Positions 16,614 through 29,243 of a stretch of DNA of 64,000 bases are shown here, in pieces. The translations under genes were made by a program, and so were the position numbers. The first letter of the stretch is position 1. Each line of letters starts with the position of its first letter. The DNA lies in NCBI RefSeq assembly GCF_030013595.1, contig NZ_CP122768.1; one strand, 5' to 3'. The notes beneath the pieces are model-generated. The model had not been told where the DNA came from. It saw only the letters and a list, made by a program, of their open reading frames with translations, and ran no database searches. Origin of the DNA: Escherichia coli. Its GTDB lineage: Bacteria; Pseudomonadota; Gammaproteobacteria; Enterobacterales; Enterobacteriaceae.

Positions 16614-19223
16614 TTATGAGCCAGAATGTGTGCAAACTGCCGAAATAACAGTGACGGCTTGCTGTAAGCTTTGCTTCGGCAATACATAGTGCGCAATGCA
16701 GCGTGAGTTCGCGCCGTCTCCCCACTGAACCAGTAATTCACCAGACAATGGCGCACCACTTAAATAAACTTGCCCGTCATCACCCACCATACTGGTTATT
16801 CCGGTACTGTTTTCCCGTACCAGTGATCCAAACGGCACCGGTTTTCCGCCCTGGGTAACGGTAATGAGCGCCCGCACGCCTATGCGGGTATCAAAATTGG
16901 CACGAACCAACGCGCCTTGCGTCGGCACAACACTGCTAATATTTTTTTCAACATCGATGGAATTCCCCATCGTATTGGTATCAAGCGCGATACGGTTATA
17001 CCGATAAACCGTGGCATACGGCATCACCGCATAGCCGCGCCAGTCGGTTAAAATGCCAGTTTGATTTTCAATGCGTACACCGCCTGCGCCAGGCGCTTTA
17101 ATCAAAACATTGGTATCCCCTAAAGGCTGGCTCAGCGTTATGCCATTTTCATGTCCGACCACACCGCCAGACAGCTGCCAGTTAACGTCATGTTGATCGC
17201 GGTCGTAGTTATACCCGACCCCCAGCGTACCGTAAGCGGCCTGCCAGTTTGCCGTAGCGCTGCCCGTATACCCATTATTCGAGGTATCGCCCTGGCTTAC
17301 GTGATAACTCAGGTTGTGGCCTTCCAGTAAGGTCCCACCTACACCTGCCAGCCAGCTATTTTGCCCGTTGCTGTTACGGTTGGCGTTAAAGGAGGCATAA
17401 GCGCGGTCGAGCGCATTTTCCCGGGTGTAGCGACGTTTGGTCAAAACATTGAAAGGCACTGAAACATTAAGTCCGACAATACGTTCGTTATCGGGGATCC
17501 CTACAGATTCATTCCACGAAAATGAGAGCGAATAACTGATGCCAACCCAGCTGCTGGTATACCCCACCTGATACCACGTATCTGAATCCGAAGTATTCCA
17601 GTATTTTTGATGGGTACCAGAAATATAAAGCGAGCCAAAGTCATTAAGTGATTGTGAAATATTTAACTGCAAACGGTCTTTACGGCTAAAGCGTAAATTG
17701 TGGTAATTCACGATTATCGGTTCATCGCGATACTCACCGTCATAATCGTAATCATATTCGTACCCCTCCATACGACGATACGCAACATCATCAAGGGTAT
17801 AAAAACCTTGTGTCGAATAGCGGTAACCCATTAACTGAAAATTGGTGCCGAAAGTGTTCATTGATTTCGCATAGAGGAAGCGAATAGAATCCCCCTCATG
17901 ACGACTATCGTCGGCTAACTGACTGCGCGCATGGGTCACATCCAGAGATACCGCCCCCCAGTTTCCGAGATTGCGCCCCAGCCCTAATAAAAAGGCGGTG
18001 TAATTGGCAGATAATTGCGTCCCGCCGTAGGCAGTAAATTCCTGTGGTAAACCGCCGAGTGCCGTGCCCTGAAAAAAGAAAGGTGATGATTGCTGACTAT
18101 TACCGCTACGAAAATCGCCCGCCGTCAGGTCAAATTTGAAACGCCCTTCGCGTTGTAAAATTGGCACTGTTGAATACGGAATCGTGTAATTCTGCTGATT
18201 GCCATCGCGCTCGTCGATGGTGACATCCAGATCGCCATTTGAAGATGTCGGGTGCAAATCTGTAATTTCAAAAGCGCCGGGGGAAACATAGCTTTGATAG
18301 ATAATAAAACCATTTTGCCGAATCGTTAGCTGGGCCGCCGTACGGGCAATCCCACGTACCGTTGGGGCAAACCCTTGCTGGCTATCAGGATACATATTAT
18401 CGGAAGAATAAAGCCGTACACCTCGAAATCCGACGCCATCGAAAATATCACTCCCTGTATTACCGTCTCCCATTACCAGTTCACTTTTCAGCGGAATAAT
18501 GGCGCGCTGTACCCAGGTGCCAATATTATTCCACTGTTCTGAATGATATCCATTTCCGCGAAAATAGTTCCAGGAACCATTGTTGCGTAAACGCCACGGG
18601 CCAATATTAATCCCGCTGAGTTCACTAAAAAAATAGCTATCGTTACCATTACCTCTGTTACCGGTGAAATTATAGTTCAGGAGTAAAGCAGGAATACCTT
18701 CATCCCACTCTTCAGGCGGAATGTAACCGTGAGCGCTACTCAACAACGCTATCTGAGGAATAGTGATGTTCAGGCGCATCGCTGCAAAATCAAAGTTAAT
18801 TGTGGCATCAGGTACAGCTTTCAGTAAATTGATGCATTTATTATTTTGCTGCTGGGCTAACTCAGGGAATGCACTGCTATTAAGGCCAATTCGTTCAAGG
18901 AGTGCCTGGTTAAAACAAGGCATTAACCCACCTGATTTATCACCTGTATTTACTGTCGTCGATTCAAATACGATATCCTGTGAACCAATGAACTCATCAT
19001 TACGCCAGAGATCCACCCGATACACGCCCGCAGGTTGATGATTACCTCTCTCAAAGCGCGATAAATCAGCAACGGATGTGCCATTCTCTAATAAAAATGC
19101 CGGGTTGAAATAACTTTCCGCATAGCTTAAAAAGGAGGGTAAAATGGCAAGAGATGAATAACAAATTCCGGCCAGACACCAGGTATACCTCTGCGGAATA
19201 TCCGTAGTAGTGGGTATTTTCAT
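16614..19223 (-). CDS. sfmD: Fimbrial usher SfmD
   Basis: 869 aa usher family outer membrane protein. Confidence 0.9.
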   Translation of the reverse strand: MKIPTTTDIPQRYTWCLAGICYSSLAILPSFLSYAESYFNPAFLLENGTSVADLSRFERGNHQPAGVYRVDLWRNDEFIGSQDIVFESTTVNTGDKSGGLMPCFNQALLERIGLNSSAFPELAQQQNNKCINLLKAVPDATINFDFAAMRLNITIPQIALLSSAHGYIPPEEWDEGIPALLLNYNFTGNRGNGNDSYFFSELSGINIGPWRLRNNGSWNYFRGNGYHSEQWNNIGTWVQRAIIPLKSELVMGDGNTGSDIFDGVGFRGVRLYSSDNMYPDSQQGFAPTVRGIARTAAQLTIRQNGFIIYQSYVSPGAFEITDLHPTSSNGDLDVTIDERDGNQQNYTIPYSTVPILQREGRFKFDLTAGDFRSGNSQQSSPFFFQGTALGGLPQEFTAYGGTQLSANYTAFLLGLGRNLGNWGAVSLDVTHARSQLADDSRHEGDSIRFLYAKSMNTFGTNFQLMGYRYSTQGFYTLDDVAYRRMEGYEYDYDYDGEYRDEPIIVNYHNLRFSRKDRLQLNISQSLNDFGSLYISGTHQKYWNTSDSDTWYQVGYTSSWVGISYSLSFSWNESVGIPDNERIVGLNVSVPFNVLTKRRYTRENALDRAYASFNANRNSNGQNSWLAGVGGTLLEGHNLSYHVSQGDTSNNGYTGSATANWQAAYGTLGVGYNYDRDQHDVNWQLSGGVVGHENGITLSQPLGDTNVLIKAPGAGGVRIENQTGILTDWRGYAVMPYATVYRYNRIALDTNTMGNSIDVEKNISSVVPTQGALVRANFDTRIGVRALITVTQGGKPVPFGSLVRENSTGITSMVGDDGQVYLSGAPLSGELLVQWGDGANSRCIAHYVLPKQSLQQAVTVISAVCTHSGS

Positions 19224-19253
19224 AATTAGCTCTGATATTGTCAGATGATTCGG

Positions 19254-19946
19254 TTAGTTTAAGTTCACTTCTCTGACCGGGGTTACTGAACCATAATCAT
19301 TAACGGTCTGAAATTTCAGCTTTCCCTGCACTCCTGAGGGTAAGGGAATTTGTGAATTAACTCTGGGTGCAGCCATAGCATTCCCCAGTTTTTGGCTGCC
19401 CACTTGCAAGTTAACCAGGGTGACATAAAAAGGTGATGGATTATGAACATTGATATAGTTAGCGGATCGCGAAAACTTGAGTGTGTCCGGCGCTTCTGCG
19501 GGTAATTCTTGTAATTGAATTGGACGGAGAAATAATTTCATGCGCGATAAAATCGCCAGTTGCAAAACATTCCTGCCGTTCAATGCATTTTTATCTACCG
19601 AAGGGATCGTCTTAACATTCATCCAGAACAGAGACTCACGATCTGCCGCCAGCGGTGGACCGGTGTAAATAATACGCAAAGTATTTTCGCTTTTGGGTTC
19701 ACTAACAAACAGTGGCGGTGTAATGATGAATGACTTTTCTTTTACACCGCTGCTGTTTTCAATCCATGAATTGACCAGAAAGCGCTCATTGGTATGGCTA
19801 TTTCTAATCCATACCGCAGTCTGTTTAGCATCAGCGGGATAAATAATACGCGTGGCACCTAATGCGATCCCTCCGGCAGCATGGGCGCTGGTCGAAATGA
19901 TTAAATAAAATATAATGAGCATCAATAACTTTATTTTAGTCATCAT
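19254..19946 (-). CDS. sfmC: Fimbrial periplasmic chaperone SfmC
   Basis: 230 aa PapD-like chaperone with signal peptide. Confidence 0.9.
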   Translation of the reverse strand: MMTKIKLLMLIIFYLIISTSAHAAGGIALGATRIIYPADAKQTAVWIRNSHTNERFLVNSWIENSSGVKEKSFIITPPLFVSEPKSENTLRIIYTGPPLAADRESLFWMNVKTIPSVDKNALNGRNVLQLAILSRMKLFLRPIQLQELPAEAPDTLKFSRSANYINVHNPSPFYVTLVNLQVGSQKLGNAMAAPRVNSQIPLPSGVQGKLKFQTVNDYGSVTPVREVNLN

Positions 19947-20164
19947 AGTTAATACGCCTTGTGTATTCCTGACGGCAAAAATAAGGAGTATAAAGAAATG
20001 ATTGCTTTGGTTTCTTACAACACATCATTCCCTTTTCATTTAATAAAGCGGCATGATACAAAGTGAGCGTGATTTCGATTACATTGACACCATACCGCTT
20101 CAGACAACCGGTACATTACTTCGTTATAAGACGTGATATATAATTCAAAACTACGTAGTTTTGA

Positions 20165-20707
20165 TTATTCGTATCTCATAATAAAAGTCGCGTCAGCATT
20201 TGCTTGCCCTGCTGATGCACTTGTACCGGTGCCTTTATAACGTGCAGAAAAATGAAGAACGTTGGTCCCGGGGATCAAGTTCTGGTTGGTTGAGAAGCTA
20301 TTCCCATCAGGTTTGAGAATTGCGGATGTATTATCAAGTATTTCAATACCGACACCCGTTGCTGTTGTTGTATTAGTACTGGATGCAATGGCCAATAAAT
20401 TATCATTGATTGCATCCGCCTGACCAGAAAATGCAACGGCAGCATTAGCGGCAACGACAGGATCGCAGTCGTTCAACTGTATAGTGAATGGAATTAATGC
20501 AGAGGTATTACCAACAGCATTGAAAATATCGGTACGATATTGACCGAGTGTGACAACCTGGTCTGCCGAGTCAGTATTCACTGAACAGGCAGCATTCACC
20601 AGTTCGCCTTCAAAGTGAATTGTACCGCCATCTACAACGGCAGCATAACTACCCGTAGCGGCGAATAGTGCGGCGGCCAGCGCAGACGAAATAAATCTTA
20701 ATTTCAT
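20165..20707 (-). CDS. sfmA: Fimbrial major subunit SfmA
   Basis: 180 aa from [22 protein letters not shown]; AGGAA SD. Confidence 0.85.
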   Translation of the reverse strand: MKLRFISSALAAALFAATGSYAAVVDGGTIHFEGELVNAACSVNTDSADQVVTLGQYRTDIFNAVGNTSALIPFTIQLNDCDPVVAANAAVAFSGQADAINDNLLAIASSTNTTTATGVGIEILDNTSAILKPDGNSFSTNQNLIPGTNVLHFSARYKGTGTSASAGQANADATFIMRYE

Positions 20708-21177
20708 ATATATTCCTTCAATCTCATTTATCGACTCCACATCCGTATATAACCGATTACTTTATTTAAGACACTGATAGTAGTAAATTCCTTTTTATCC
20801 TCTAAGAATGTCTTAATTGAAAATATGCACTCTATTCTAAAAAATAGAGAGCCCCGTTAGATGAATACTTCCGCGCAAAATATATTCAACACAAATATAG
20901 ACCTGAAGCGGTAAATTACCAGGCTGAAAATTCTTTTTATATTGTCAGGTATTTCTTAAATTATCTTAATCCTTTGACAAGGAAATAAGTCAGTTCCAGA
21001 TTTACAACGCCATCATGGACGAAAAATGAAGCTTTCAATCTCAGCGACAGTGCGCCTCACCTTCGCACGAGGTCGCTTCACGCGATAAATCTGAAACGAA
21101 ACCTGACAGCGCGCCCCGCTTCTGACAAAATAGGCGCATCCCCTTCGACCTACGTAACAGATGGAATCCTCTCTCTG

Positions 21178-22044
21178 ATGGCAGCAAAGATTATTGACGG
21201 TAAAACGATTGCGCAGCAGGTGCGCTCTGAAGTTGCTCAAAAAGTTCAGGCGCGTATTGCAGCCGGACTGCGGGCACCAGGACTGGCCGTTGTGCTGGTG
21301 GGTAGTAACCCTGCATCGCAAATTTATGTCGCAAGCAAACGCAAGGCTTGTGAAGAAGTCGGGTTCGTCTCCCGCTCTTACGACCTCCCGGAAACCACCA
21401 GCGAAGCGGAGCTGCTGGAGCTTATCGATACGCTGAATGCCGACAACACCATCGATGGCATTCTGGTTCAACTGCCGTTACCGGCGGGTATTGATAACGT
21501 CAAAGTGCTGGAACGAATTCACCCGGACAAAGACGTAGACGGTTTCCATCCTTATAACGTCGGTCGCCTGTGCCAGCGCGCGCCGCGTCTGCGTCCCTGC
21601 ACCCCGCGCGGTATTGTCACGCTGCTTGAGCGTTACAACATTGATACCTTCGGCCTCAACGCCGTGGTGATTGGCGCATCGAATATCGTTGGCCGCCCGA
21701 TGAGCATGGAACTGCTACTGGCAGGTTGCACCACCACCGTGACTCACCGTTTCACTAAAAATCTGCGTCACCACGTAGAAAATGCCGATCTATTGATCGT
21801 TGCCGTCGGTAAGCCAGGCTTTATTCCCGGTGACTGGATCAAAGAAGGCGCAATTGTGATTGATGTCGGCATCAACCGTCTGGAAAATGGCAAGGTTGTG
21901 GGCGACGTCGTGTTTGAAGACGCGGCTAAACGCGCCTCATACATTACGCCTGTTCCCGGCGGCGTTGGCCCGATGACGGTTGCCACGCTGATTGAAAACA
22001 CGCTACAGGCGTGCGTTGAATATCATGATCCACAGGGTGAGTAA
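21178..22044 (+). CDS. folD: Bifunctional methylenetetrahydrofolate dehydrogenase/cyclohydrolase FolD
   Basis: 288 aa, [19 protein letters not shown]... Confidence 0.95.
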   Translation: MAAKIIDGKTIAQQVRSEVAQKVQARIAAGLRAPGLAVVLVGSNPASQIYVASKRKACEEVGFVSRSYDLPETTSEAELLELIDTLNADNTIDGILVQLPLPAGIDNVKVLERIHPDKDVDGFHPYNVGRLCQRAPRLRPCTPRGIVTLLERYNIDTFGLNAVVIGASNIVGRPMSMELLLAGCTTTVTHRFTKNLRHHVENADLLIVAVGKPGFIPGDWIKEGAIVIDVGINRLENGKVVGDVVFEDAAKRASYITPVPGGVGPMTVATLIENTLQACVEYHDPQGE

Positions 22045-22045
22045 C

Positions 22046-22258
22046 ATGGCGACATTTTCTTTAGGTAAACATCCGCACGTTGAGCTGTGCGACTTGCTGA
22101 AACTGGAAGGCTGGAGCGAAAGCGGCGCGCAGGCGAAAATCGCGATTGCCGAAGGCCAGGTGAAAGTCGACGGTGCGGTTGAAACGCGCAAACGCTGCAA
22201 AATCGTTGCCGGGCAGACAGTGAGTTTTGCAGGTCACAGCGTACAGGTTGTTGCCTGA
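22046..22258 (+). CDS. ybcJ: Ribosome-associated S4-like protein YbcJ
   Basis: 70 aa MATFSLGKHPHVELCDLLK...; starts 2 nt after folD stop. Confidence 0.85.
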   Translation: MATFSLGKHPHVELCDLLKLEGWSESGAQAKIAIAEGQVKVDGAVETRKRCKIVAGQTVSFAGHSVQVVA

Positions 22259-22365
22259 TCCCTTTCCCGGCCTGTAACAACAGGCCGGTTCTCTTTTCAG
22301 ACTTTTGCCCTCTACGCCCCGTTCATCCATGCTGATAGCATCGACATTTTGCCGAAGCGACCATC

Positions 22366-22887
22366 ATGCCAACCGTTATTACGCACGCCGCCGTTCCCCT
22401 TTGCATTGGTTTAGGGTTGGGTTCGAAAGTCATCCCTCCGCGCCTGTTATTTGCCGGAATCATCCTGGCGATGCTGCCCGATGCCGACGTCTTGTCGTTT
22501 AAATTTGGCGTTGCTTACGGCAATGTTTTTGGTCATCGCGGGTTTACCCATTCGCTGGTGTTTGCGTTTGTTGTCCCGCTGTTATGTGTGCTGATTGGAC
22601 GTCGATGGTTCAGGGCTGGGCTGATTCGCTGCTGGCTGTTTTTAACCGTCTCGTTGTTATCGCACAGCTTGCTGGATTCGGTAACCACTGGCGGTAAAGG
22701 GGTTGGCTGGCTGTGGCCGTGGTCAGATGAACGCTTTTTCGCTCCCTGGCAGGTGATTAAAGTCGCGCCGTTTGCATTGTCTCGTTACAGCACACCGTAC
22801 GGGCATCAGGTGATAATTTCTGAATTGATGTGGGTGTGGTTGCCGGGGATGCTACTGATAGGAATGTTGTGGTGGCTCAGACGATAA
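22366..22887 (+). CDS. ybcI: Inner membrane protein YbcI (DUF457)
   Basis: 173 aa multi-pass membrane protein. Confidence 0.85.
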   Translation: MPTVITHAAVPLCIGLGLGSKVIPPRLLFAGIILAMLPDADVLSFKFGVAYGNVFGHRGFTHSLVFAFVVPLLCVLIGRRWFRAGLIRCWLFLTVSLLSHSLLDSVTTGGKGVGWLWPWSDERFFAPWQVIKVAPFALSRYSTPYGHQVIISELMWVWLPGMLLIGMLWWLRR

Positions 22888-22922
22888 CCGGATGCGAAAA
22901 CTCGCATCCGGCAATAGCGCAA

Positions 22923-24308
22923 TTACTTACGACGCCAGGTGGTCCCTTGCGGGCCATCTTCCAGCACGATCCCCATCTCGTTAAGACGGTCACGCGCCGC
23001 ATCTGCCGCCGCCCAGTCTTTCGCTTTACGGGCATCCAGACGCTGTTGAATTAACGCTTCAATCTCAGCCACTTCGCTGTCGTCTGCCTGCGCGCCGCTT
23101 TGCAGGAACGCTTCCGGTTCTTGCTCCAGCAGGCCCAATACGGCGGAAAGTTTACGCAGATGAGACGCCATCGCGTTTGCCGCTGCCATATCTTCTGCTT
23201 TCAGACGGTTTACTTCACGCGCCATATCAAACAGTACGGAATAGGCTTCCGGGGTGTTGAAATCGTCGTCCATCGCTTCAATAAAGCGCGCTTCAAACGC
23301 TTCGCCACCCGCAGGCGCAACGGTTTTATCTGTGCCGCGCAGCGCAGTGTAGAGACGCTCCAGCGCCGCACGCGCCTGCTTCAGGTTCTCTTCGCTGTAG
23401 TTCAGCTGGCTGCGATAGTGGCCCGACATCAGGAAATAACGCACGGTTTCCGCGTCGTAGTATTTCAGCACATCGCGCACGGTAAAGAAGTTACCCAGCG
23501 ATTTGGACATCTTCTCGCGGTCAACCATCACCATTCCGGAATGCATCCAGTAGTTCACATACTGACCATCATGGGCACAGGTGGACTGAGCGATTTCGTT
23601 TTCGTGGTGTGGGAACATCAGGTCAGAACCGCCGCCGTGGATATCAAAGTGGTTACCCAGCTGCTTGCAGTTCATTGCCGAACATTCAATGTGCCAGCCT
23701 GGACGGCCCGGGCCCCACGGCGACGGCCAGCTCGGTTCGCCCTCTTTCGACATCTTCCACAGAACGAAATCCATCGGGTTGCGTTTGTCGTCGACCACGT
23801 CAACGCGCGCGCCTGCCTGCAGCTGGTCGAGATCCTGACGCGACAGCACGCCATATGTCGGATCGGTCGGTACGTCAAACATCACGTCGCCGTTGTCCGC
23901 CACATAAGCGTGACCTTTGGCGATCAGTTGTTCAGTGAGTTCAATAATTTCTGCGATATGGTGCGTCGCGCGCGGCTCCATATCCGGGCGCAGAATGTTC
24001 AAAGCATCAAAATCTTTGTGCATTTCGGCGATCATGCGATCCACCAGCGCCACAAAGCTTTCGCCATTTTCATTGGCGCGTTTGATGATTTTGTCGTCGA
24101 TATCAGTAATGTTGCGCACATACTTCAGCTTATAGCCGAGGAAACGCAGATAGCGCGCAACCACGTCAAAGGCAACAAAGGTACGCCCGTGACCGATATG
24201 ACAGAGATCGTAAACGGTGATTCCACACACGTACATGCCGACTTCCCCGGCGTGAATAGGCTTAAATTCCTCTTTTTGGCGTGTCAGAGTATTGAAGATT
24301 TTTAGCAT
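22923..24308 (-). CDS. cysS: Cysteine--tRNA ligase
   Basis: 461 aa with HIGH (CHIGHGR) and KMSKS motifs. Confidence 0.95.
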   Translation of the reverse strand: MLKIFNTLTRQKEEFKPIHAGEVGMYVCGITVYDLCHIGHGRTFVAFDVVARYLRFLGYKLKYVRNITDIDDKIIKRANENGESFVALVDRMIAEMHKDFDALNILRPDMEPRATHHIAEIIELTEQLIAKGHAYVADNGDVMFDVPTDPTYGVLSRQDLDQLQAGARVDVVDDKRNPMDFVLWKMSKEGEPSWPSPWGPGRPGWHIECSAMNCKQLGNHFDIHGGGSDLMFPHHENEIAQSTCAHDGQYVNYWMHSGMVMVDREKMSKSLGNFFTVRDVLKYYDAETVRYFLMSGHYRSQLNYSEENLKQARAALERLYTALRGTDKTVAPAGGEAFEARFIEAMDDDFNTPEAYSVLFDMAREVNRLKAEDMAAANAMASHLRKLSAVLGLLEQEPEAFLQSGAQADDSEVAEIEALIQQRLDARKAKDWAAADAARDRLNEMGIVLEDGPQGTTWRRK

Positions 24309-24481
24309 CGAAGATTCCGTTTAGACATGTGTGGGTAATTGAGTTGCGTATAATACCCATATTTCCCGCGCGAATCAGCATACATTGCGTGATGATCCGA
24401 TCGTGCGGTTATGCTATAACACCACCCTATGTATGACCCGAACCGGGTTGAAGCACCAATCAAACGGAACAGGATGCAAAA

Positions 24482-24976
24482 ATGGTTACTTTCCACACCA
24501 ATCACGGCGATATTGTCATCAAAACTTTTGACGATAAAGCACCTGAAACAGTTAAAAACTTCCTGGACTACTGCCGCGAAGGTTTTTACAACAACACCAT
24601 TTTCCACCGTGTAATCAACGGCTTTATGATTCAGGGCGGCGGTTTTGAGCCGGGCATGAAGCAAAAAACCACCAAAGACCCGATCAAAAACGAAGCCAAC
24701 AACGGTCTGAAAAATACCCGTGGTACGCTGGCAATGGCCCGTACTCAGGCACCGCACTCTGCAACTGCACAGTTCTTCATCAACGTGGTTGATAACGACT
24801 TCCTGAACTTCTCTGGCGAAAGCCTGCAAGGTTGGGGTTACTGCGTGTTTGCTGAAGTGGTTGAAGGCATGGACGTGGTAGACAAAATCAAAGGTGTTGC
24901 AACCGGTCGTAGCGGTATGCACCAGGACGTGCCAAAAGAAGACGTTATCATTGAAAGCGTGACCGTTAGCGAGTAA
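24482..24976 (+). CDS. ppiB: Peptidyl-prolyl cis-trans isomerase B
   Basis: 164 aa cyclophilin, [16 protein letters not shown]... Confidence 0.95.
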   Translation: MVTFHTNHGDIVIKTFDDKAPETVKNFLDYCREGFYNNTIFHRVINGFMIQGGGFEPGMKQKTTKDPIKNEANNGLKNTRGTLAMARTQAPHSATAQFFINVVDNDFLNFSGESLQGWGYCVFAEVVEGMDVVDKIKGVATGRSGMHQDVPKEDVIIESVTVSE

Positions 24977-24978
24977 TC

Positions 24979-25701
24979 GTGGCGACACTCTTTATTGCAG
25001 ATCTTCATCTCTGCGCGGAAGAACCGGCGATCACCGCCGGTTTTCTGCGTTTTTTAGCGGGGGAAGCCCGCAAGGCCGACGCGCTGTATATTCTTGGCGA
25101 TCTGTTTGAAGCGTGGATTGGCGACGACGATCCCAACCCACTCCATCGCCAGATGGCGGCAGCGATCAAAGCGGTGTCCGATTCCGGTGTTCCCTGTTAT
25201 TTCATTCATGGCAACCGTGATTTTCTGCTCGGCAAACGCTTTGCCCGTGAAAGCGGCATGACGTTATTGCCGGAAGAAAAGGTGCTCGAACTGTATGGTC
25301 GCCGGGTGTTGATTATGCATGGCGACACGCTGTGCACCGATGACGCCGGTTATCAGGCTTTTCGCGCCAAAGTCCACAAACCCTGGCTGCAAACGCTATT
25401 CCTCGCCCTGCCGTTGTTTGTGCGCAAACGCATTGCCGCGCGAATGCGAGCGAACAGCAAAGAAGCCAACAGCAGTAAATCGCTGGCGATCATGGCCGTT
25501 AACCAAAACGCGGTGGTCAGTGCGATGGAAAAACATCAGGTGCAATGGCTGATTCACGGGCATACCCATCGCCCGGCAGTACATGAACTTATCGCCAATC
25601 AGCAACCTGCTTTCCGCGTCGTGCTGGGTGCCTGGCATACTGAAGGTTCAATGGTGAAAGTCACGGCAGATGACGTTGAGCTGATTCATTTTCCGTTTTA
25701 A
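24979..25701 (+). CDS. lpxH: UDP-2,3-diacylglucosamine hydrolase LpxH
   Basis: 240 aa calcineurin-like phosphoesterase, [11 protein letters not shown]... Confidence 0.95.
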   Translation: MATLFIADLHLCAEEPAITAGFLRFLAGEARKADALYILGDLFEAWIGDDDPNPLHRQMAAAIKAVSDSGVPCYFIHGNRDFLLGKRFARESGMTLLPEEKVLELYGRRVLIMHGDTLCTDDAGYQAFRAKVHKPWLQTLFLALPLFVRKRIAARMRANSKEANSSKSLAIMAVNQNAVVSAMEKHQVQWLIHGHTHRPAVHELIANQQPAFRVVLGAWHTEGSMVKVTADDVELIHFPF

Positions 25702-25817
25702 ATACCCGCAACTTTGCTGATTTCACAGCCACGCAACCGTTTTCCTTGCTCTCTTTCCGTGCTATTCTCTGTGCCCTCTAAAGCCGAGAGTTGTGCACCA
25801 CAGGAGTTTTAAGACGC

Positions 25818-26327
25818 ATGTCTTCCCGCAATAATCCGGCGCGTGTCGCCATCGTGATGGGGTCCAAAAGCGACTGGGCTACCATGCAGTTCGCCGCCGA
25901 AATCTTCGAAATCCTGAATGTCCCACACCACGTTGAAGTGGTTTCTGCTCACCGCACCCCCGATAAACTGTTCAGCTTCGCCGAAAGTGCCGAAGAGAAC
26001 GGTTATCAGGTGATTATTGCGGGCGCAGGCGGCGCAGCGCACCTGCCAGGCATGATTGCCGCCAAAACGCTGGTGCCAGTGCTGGGCGTGCCAGTACAGA
26101 GCGCCGCACTGAGCGGTGTCGATAGCCTCTACTCCATCGTACAAATGCCGCGCGGCATTCCGGTGGGTACGCTGGCGATTGGTAAAGCTGGCGCGGCAAA
26201 CGCGGCGTTACTGGCAGCACAAATTCTTGCGACTCATGATAAAGAACTGCACCAGCGTCTGAATGACTGGCGCAAAGCCCAGACTGACGAAGTGCTGGAA
26301 AACCCAGACCCGCGAGGTGCGGCATGA
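25818..26327 (+). CDS. purE: N5-carboxyaminoimidazole ribonucleotide mutase PurE
   Basis: 169 aa from [20 protein letters not shown]. Confidence 0.95.
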   Translation: MSSRNNPARVAIVMGSKSDWATMQFAAEIFEILNVPHHVEVVSAHRTPDKLFSFAESAEENGYQVIIAGAGGAAHLPGMIAAKTLVPVLGVPVQSAALSGVDSLYSIVQMPRGIPVGTLAIGKAGAANAALLAAQILATHDKELHQRLNDWRKAQTDEVLENPDPRGAA

Positions 26328-27391
26328 AACAGGTTTGCGTCCTCGGTAACGGGCAGTTAGGCCGTATGCTGCGCCAGGCAGGCGAACCGTTAGGCATTGC
26401 TGTCTGGCCAGTCGGGCTGGACGCTGAACCGGCGGCGGTGCCTTTTCAACAAAGCGTGATTACCGCTGAGATCGAACGCTGGCCGGAAACCGCATTAACC
26501 CGCGAGCTGGCGCGCCATCCGGCCTTTGTGAACCGCGATGTATTCCCGATTATTGCTGACCGTCTGACTCAGAAGCAGCTTTTCGACAAGCTTCACCTAC
26601 CGACCGCACCGTGGCAGTTACTTGCCGATCGCAGCGAGTGGCCTGCGGTGTTTGATCGTTTAGGTGAGCTGGCGATTGTTAAGCGTCGCACTGGTGGCTA
26701 TGACGGACGCGGTCAATGGCGTTTACGCGCCGATGAAACCGAACAGTTACCGGCTGAATCCTACGGCGAATGTATTGTCGAGCAGGGCATAAACTTCTCT
26801 GGTGAAGTGTCGCTGGTTGGCGCGCGCGGCTTTGATGGCAGCACCGTGTTTTATCCGCTGACGCATAACCTGCATCAGGACGGTATTTTACGCACCAGCG
26901 TCGCTTTCCCGCAGGCCAACGCGCAGCAACAGGCACAAGCTGAAGAGATGTTGTCGGCGATTATGCAGGAGCTGGGCTATGTGGGCGTGATGGCGATGGA
27001 GTGTTTTGTCACCCCGCAAGGTCTGCTGATCAACGAACTGGCTCCGCGTGTGCATAACAGCGGTCACTGGACACAAAACGGTGCCAGCATCAGCCAGTTT
27101 GAGCTGCATCTGCGGGCGATTACCGATCTGCCGTTACCGCAACCGGTAGTGAATAGCCCGTCGGTGATGATCAACCTGATTGGTAGCGATGTGAATTATG
27201 ACTGGCTGAAACTGCCGCTGGTGCATCTGCACTGGTACGACAAAGAAGTCCGTCCGGGCCGTAAAGTGGGGCATCTGAATTTAACCGACAGCGACACATC
27301 GCGTCTGACCGCGACGCTGGAAGCCTTAATCCCGCTGCTGCCGCCGGAGTATGCCAGTGGCGTGATTTGGGCGCAGAGTAAGTTCAGTTAA
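26324..27391 (+). CDS. purK: N5-carboxyaminoimidazole ribonucleotide synthase PurK
   Basis: 355 aa ATP-grasp; 4-nt overlap with purE. Confidence 0.95.
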   Translation: MKQVCVLGNGQLGRMLRQAGEPLGIAVWPVGLDAEPAAVPFQQSVITAEIERWPETALTRELARHPAFVNRDVFPIIADRLTQKQLFDKLHLPTAPWQLLADRSEWPAVFDRLGELAIVKRRTGGYDGRGQWRLRADETEQLPAESYGECIVEQGINFSGEVSLVGARGFDGSTVFYPLTHNLHQDGILRTSVAFPQANAQQQAQAEEMLSAIMQELGYVGVMAMECFVTPQGLLINELAPRVHNSGHWTQNGASISQFELHLRAITDLPLPQPVVNSPSVMINLIGSDVNYDWLKLPLVHLHWYDKEVRPGRKVGHLNLTDSDTSRLTATLEALIPLLPPEYASGVIWAQSKFS

Positions 27392-27409
27392 CCTGGTGCT
27401 CATATTCTT

Positions 27410-27520
27410 GCCGGATTCGGCGTGAACGCCTTATCCGGCTTACCGCTCCGGTACCCATTGTAGGCCTGATAAGACGCGTCAAGCGTCGCATCAGGCATGG
27501 TGCGCCGATTGCCGGATGCT
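27410..27520. repeat. REP/BIME palindromic elements
   Basis: gccggattcggcgtgaacgccttatccggc and aggcctgataagacgcg...cgtcgcatcaggc motifs. Confidence 0.6.
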
Positions 27521-27527
27521 CTCATCA

Positions 27528-28421
27528 CTACAGCGAAATACAGGTCCCCGCTTCGCCCGCCAGCGTCTCTTCAATCCGCGATAACGCCCCAATCCACGCA
27601 GGTTTGCCACGGCTTCTGACATAGCCACTCACCGCCATTACCTTCGGCCCCATCGAACCATCGGCTTTGGCAAATGGCGCTAACTCATCCGGTGTGGCAT
27701 GGCGAATGGCACGTTGCTGCGGCGTTCCCCAGTTTTCATATACCGCATCAGCATCGGTGAGGATCACCAGCCCATCGGCATTAATCTGCTCGGCGAGCAA
27801 CGCAGCGGCGAGATCTTTATCAATCACTGCTTCACTCCCTGCTCCGTCATCCGTCACAGGCACACCGCCGCCGCCACTGCAAATCACCACATGCCCCTCT
27901 TTGAGCAACAACTCGATGGCTTCGCTGTCGAGAATTTTACGCGGTTGCGGAGACGCCACCACCCGGCGCAAATATTTACCATCACGTTTCATCTGCCAGC
28001 CGTAAGCCGCTTCCAGTGCCTTTTGTTCTTCTGGCTGATAAACCGGACCGATAAACTTCTCTGGCTGCAAAAACGCCGGATCATCAGGCGAAACCTCAAT
28101 GCGCGTCAGCACCGTCGTCACGGGCGGCATCTGCGGCTGTGCGCTCAAGCTCTGCGCCAGCATATAGCCAATCATCCCCTGGCTTTCCGCCACCAGCACA
28201 TCCAGCGGATACGGTTCTACCTCTTTCCACGCCAGATTCTGTAACGCCAGCAGCCCCACCTGCGGCCCGTTGCCGTGAACAATCGCCAGCCGATAAGAAC
28301 GGGCCAGGCGCGCCAGCGCAGGTACAGCGCTGGCGATATTGCGATATTGATTTTCTGCCGTCAGCGCCTCACCGCGCTGAAGCAAGGCATTGCCCCCAAG
28401 AGCCACAACCAGTGTTTTCAT
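27528..28421 (-). CDS. arcC: Carbamate kinase-like protein YbcF/ArcC (allantoin pathway)
   Basis: 297 aa amino-acid kinase family, [18 protein letters not shown]... Confidence 0.9.
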   Translation of the reverse strand: MKTLVVALGGNALLQRGEALTAENQYRNIASAVPALARLARSYRLAIVHGNGPQVGLLALQNLAWKEVEPYPLDVLVAESQGMIGYMLAQSLSAQPQMPPVTTVLTRIEVSPDDPAFLQPEKFIGPVYQPEEQKALEAAYGWQMKRDGKYLRRVVASPQPRKILDSEAIELLLKEGHVVICSGGGGVPVTDDGAGSEAVIDKDLAAALLAEQINADGLVILTDADAVYENWGTPQQRAIRHATPDELAPFAKADGSMGPKVMAVSGYVRSRGKPAWIGALSRIEETLAGEAGTCISL

Positions 28422-29233
28422 GGTTTTCCTTGTAATAATTGTTGACCAAGCCAGAACCCCAGCAGCGTATCTGCCCCTGACGTATGCCCCAGCGCCAGCA
28501 GCGAATCAATCGCAACAGCGGTACGTTTCGGGCAACTCAGAGCATGGACAAAGTGCAGGAGTGGCGAGGCGAAATATCCTTGCGCGGCATAACGTAAATA
28601 ACTGACGCTCACCGCTGTGGTAACGAGTTGAAGATTGTCGGAACAGGCAAAAAACTGGCGACCGGAGCGCGTATCTAAAGCGCCATAATACCAGGCCGCC
28701 AGCAGCATTCCGCTCAGCGTGTCATCATGACTTGGCGTTAATCCCGGACCTTTACCCAGCCAGTGCCGCCAGTCGGTCTTAACGCCATTGAGCGCGGCCT
28801 GAAAACAGTGACGAAACTGGCGTAATTCAGCAGGAAGCGGATCGCCTGCCGCCAACGCCAGTGGCCCGAAAAGCCCGGTTTCCTCCGCGCGTTGCATCCA
28901 TGCCGCTGCAAGCGGTTGAGGATGCGCAGGCGGCGTAATACGCAGCAAACAATAACGCTGTGGCTGTTTAACCGTGAAACGTCCGAGGCGAATCCCTTGA
29001 GCCACAACCTGTGGTCGTTCATTGCCGCATAATCCACCGCATAACGCATCGAATTGCGCGCGGCGAAGCACCCATCCTCCGGGGCCGAAACCACTACCCT
29101 GACGATGCAGCGTTAACAGTTCGCCGCTTTCCGTCATCAGGTTAATCGCCCGCCGCCACACTCCCGCTAACCGCCAGGACTGGCGATAATTCGGTGCGCT
29201 ACTACTGGCAAGCAGAGGATGGATGATCGTCAT
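28418..29233 (-). CDS. ylbF: YlbF (putative oxamate carbamoyltransferase subunit)
   Basis: 271 aa from MTIIHPLL; ORF track upstream extension ignored. Confidence 0.8.
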   Translation of the reverse strand: MTIIHPLLASSSAPNYRQSWRLAGVWRRAINLMTESGELLTLHRQGSGFGPGGWVLRRAQFDALCGGLCGNERPQVVAQGIRLGRFTVKQPQRYCLLRITPPAHPQPLAAAWMQRAEETGLFGPLALAAGDPLPAELRQFRHCFQAALNGVKTDWRHWLGKGPGLTPSHDDTLSGMLLAAWYYGALDTRSGRQFFACSDNLQLVTTAVSVSYLRYAAQGYFASPLLHFVHALSCPKRTAVAIDSLLALGHTSGADTLLGFWLGQQLLQGKP

Positions 29234-29243
29234 TGCGCGTTCC

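Noticed and set aside
23100-24305. 401-aa ORF on the plus strand
   Set aside because: Lies entirely antisense within cysS, whose product is unambiguous (HIGH and KMSKS motifs). Shadow ORF.
24302-24988. 228-aa ORF on the minus strand
   Set aside because: Antisense to ppiB and the cysS-ppiB intergenic region, with no protein-like features. Shadow ORF.
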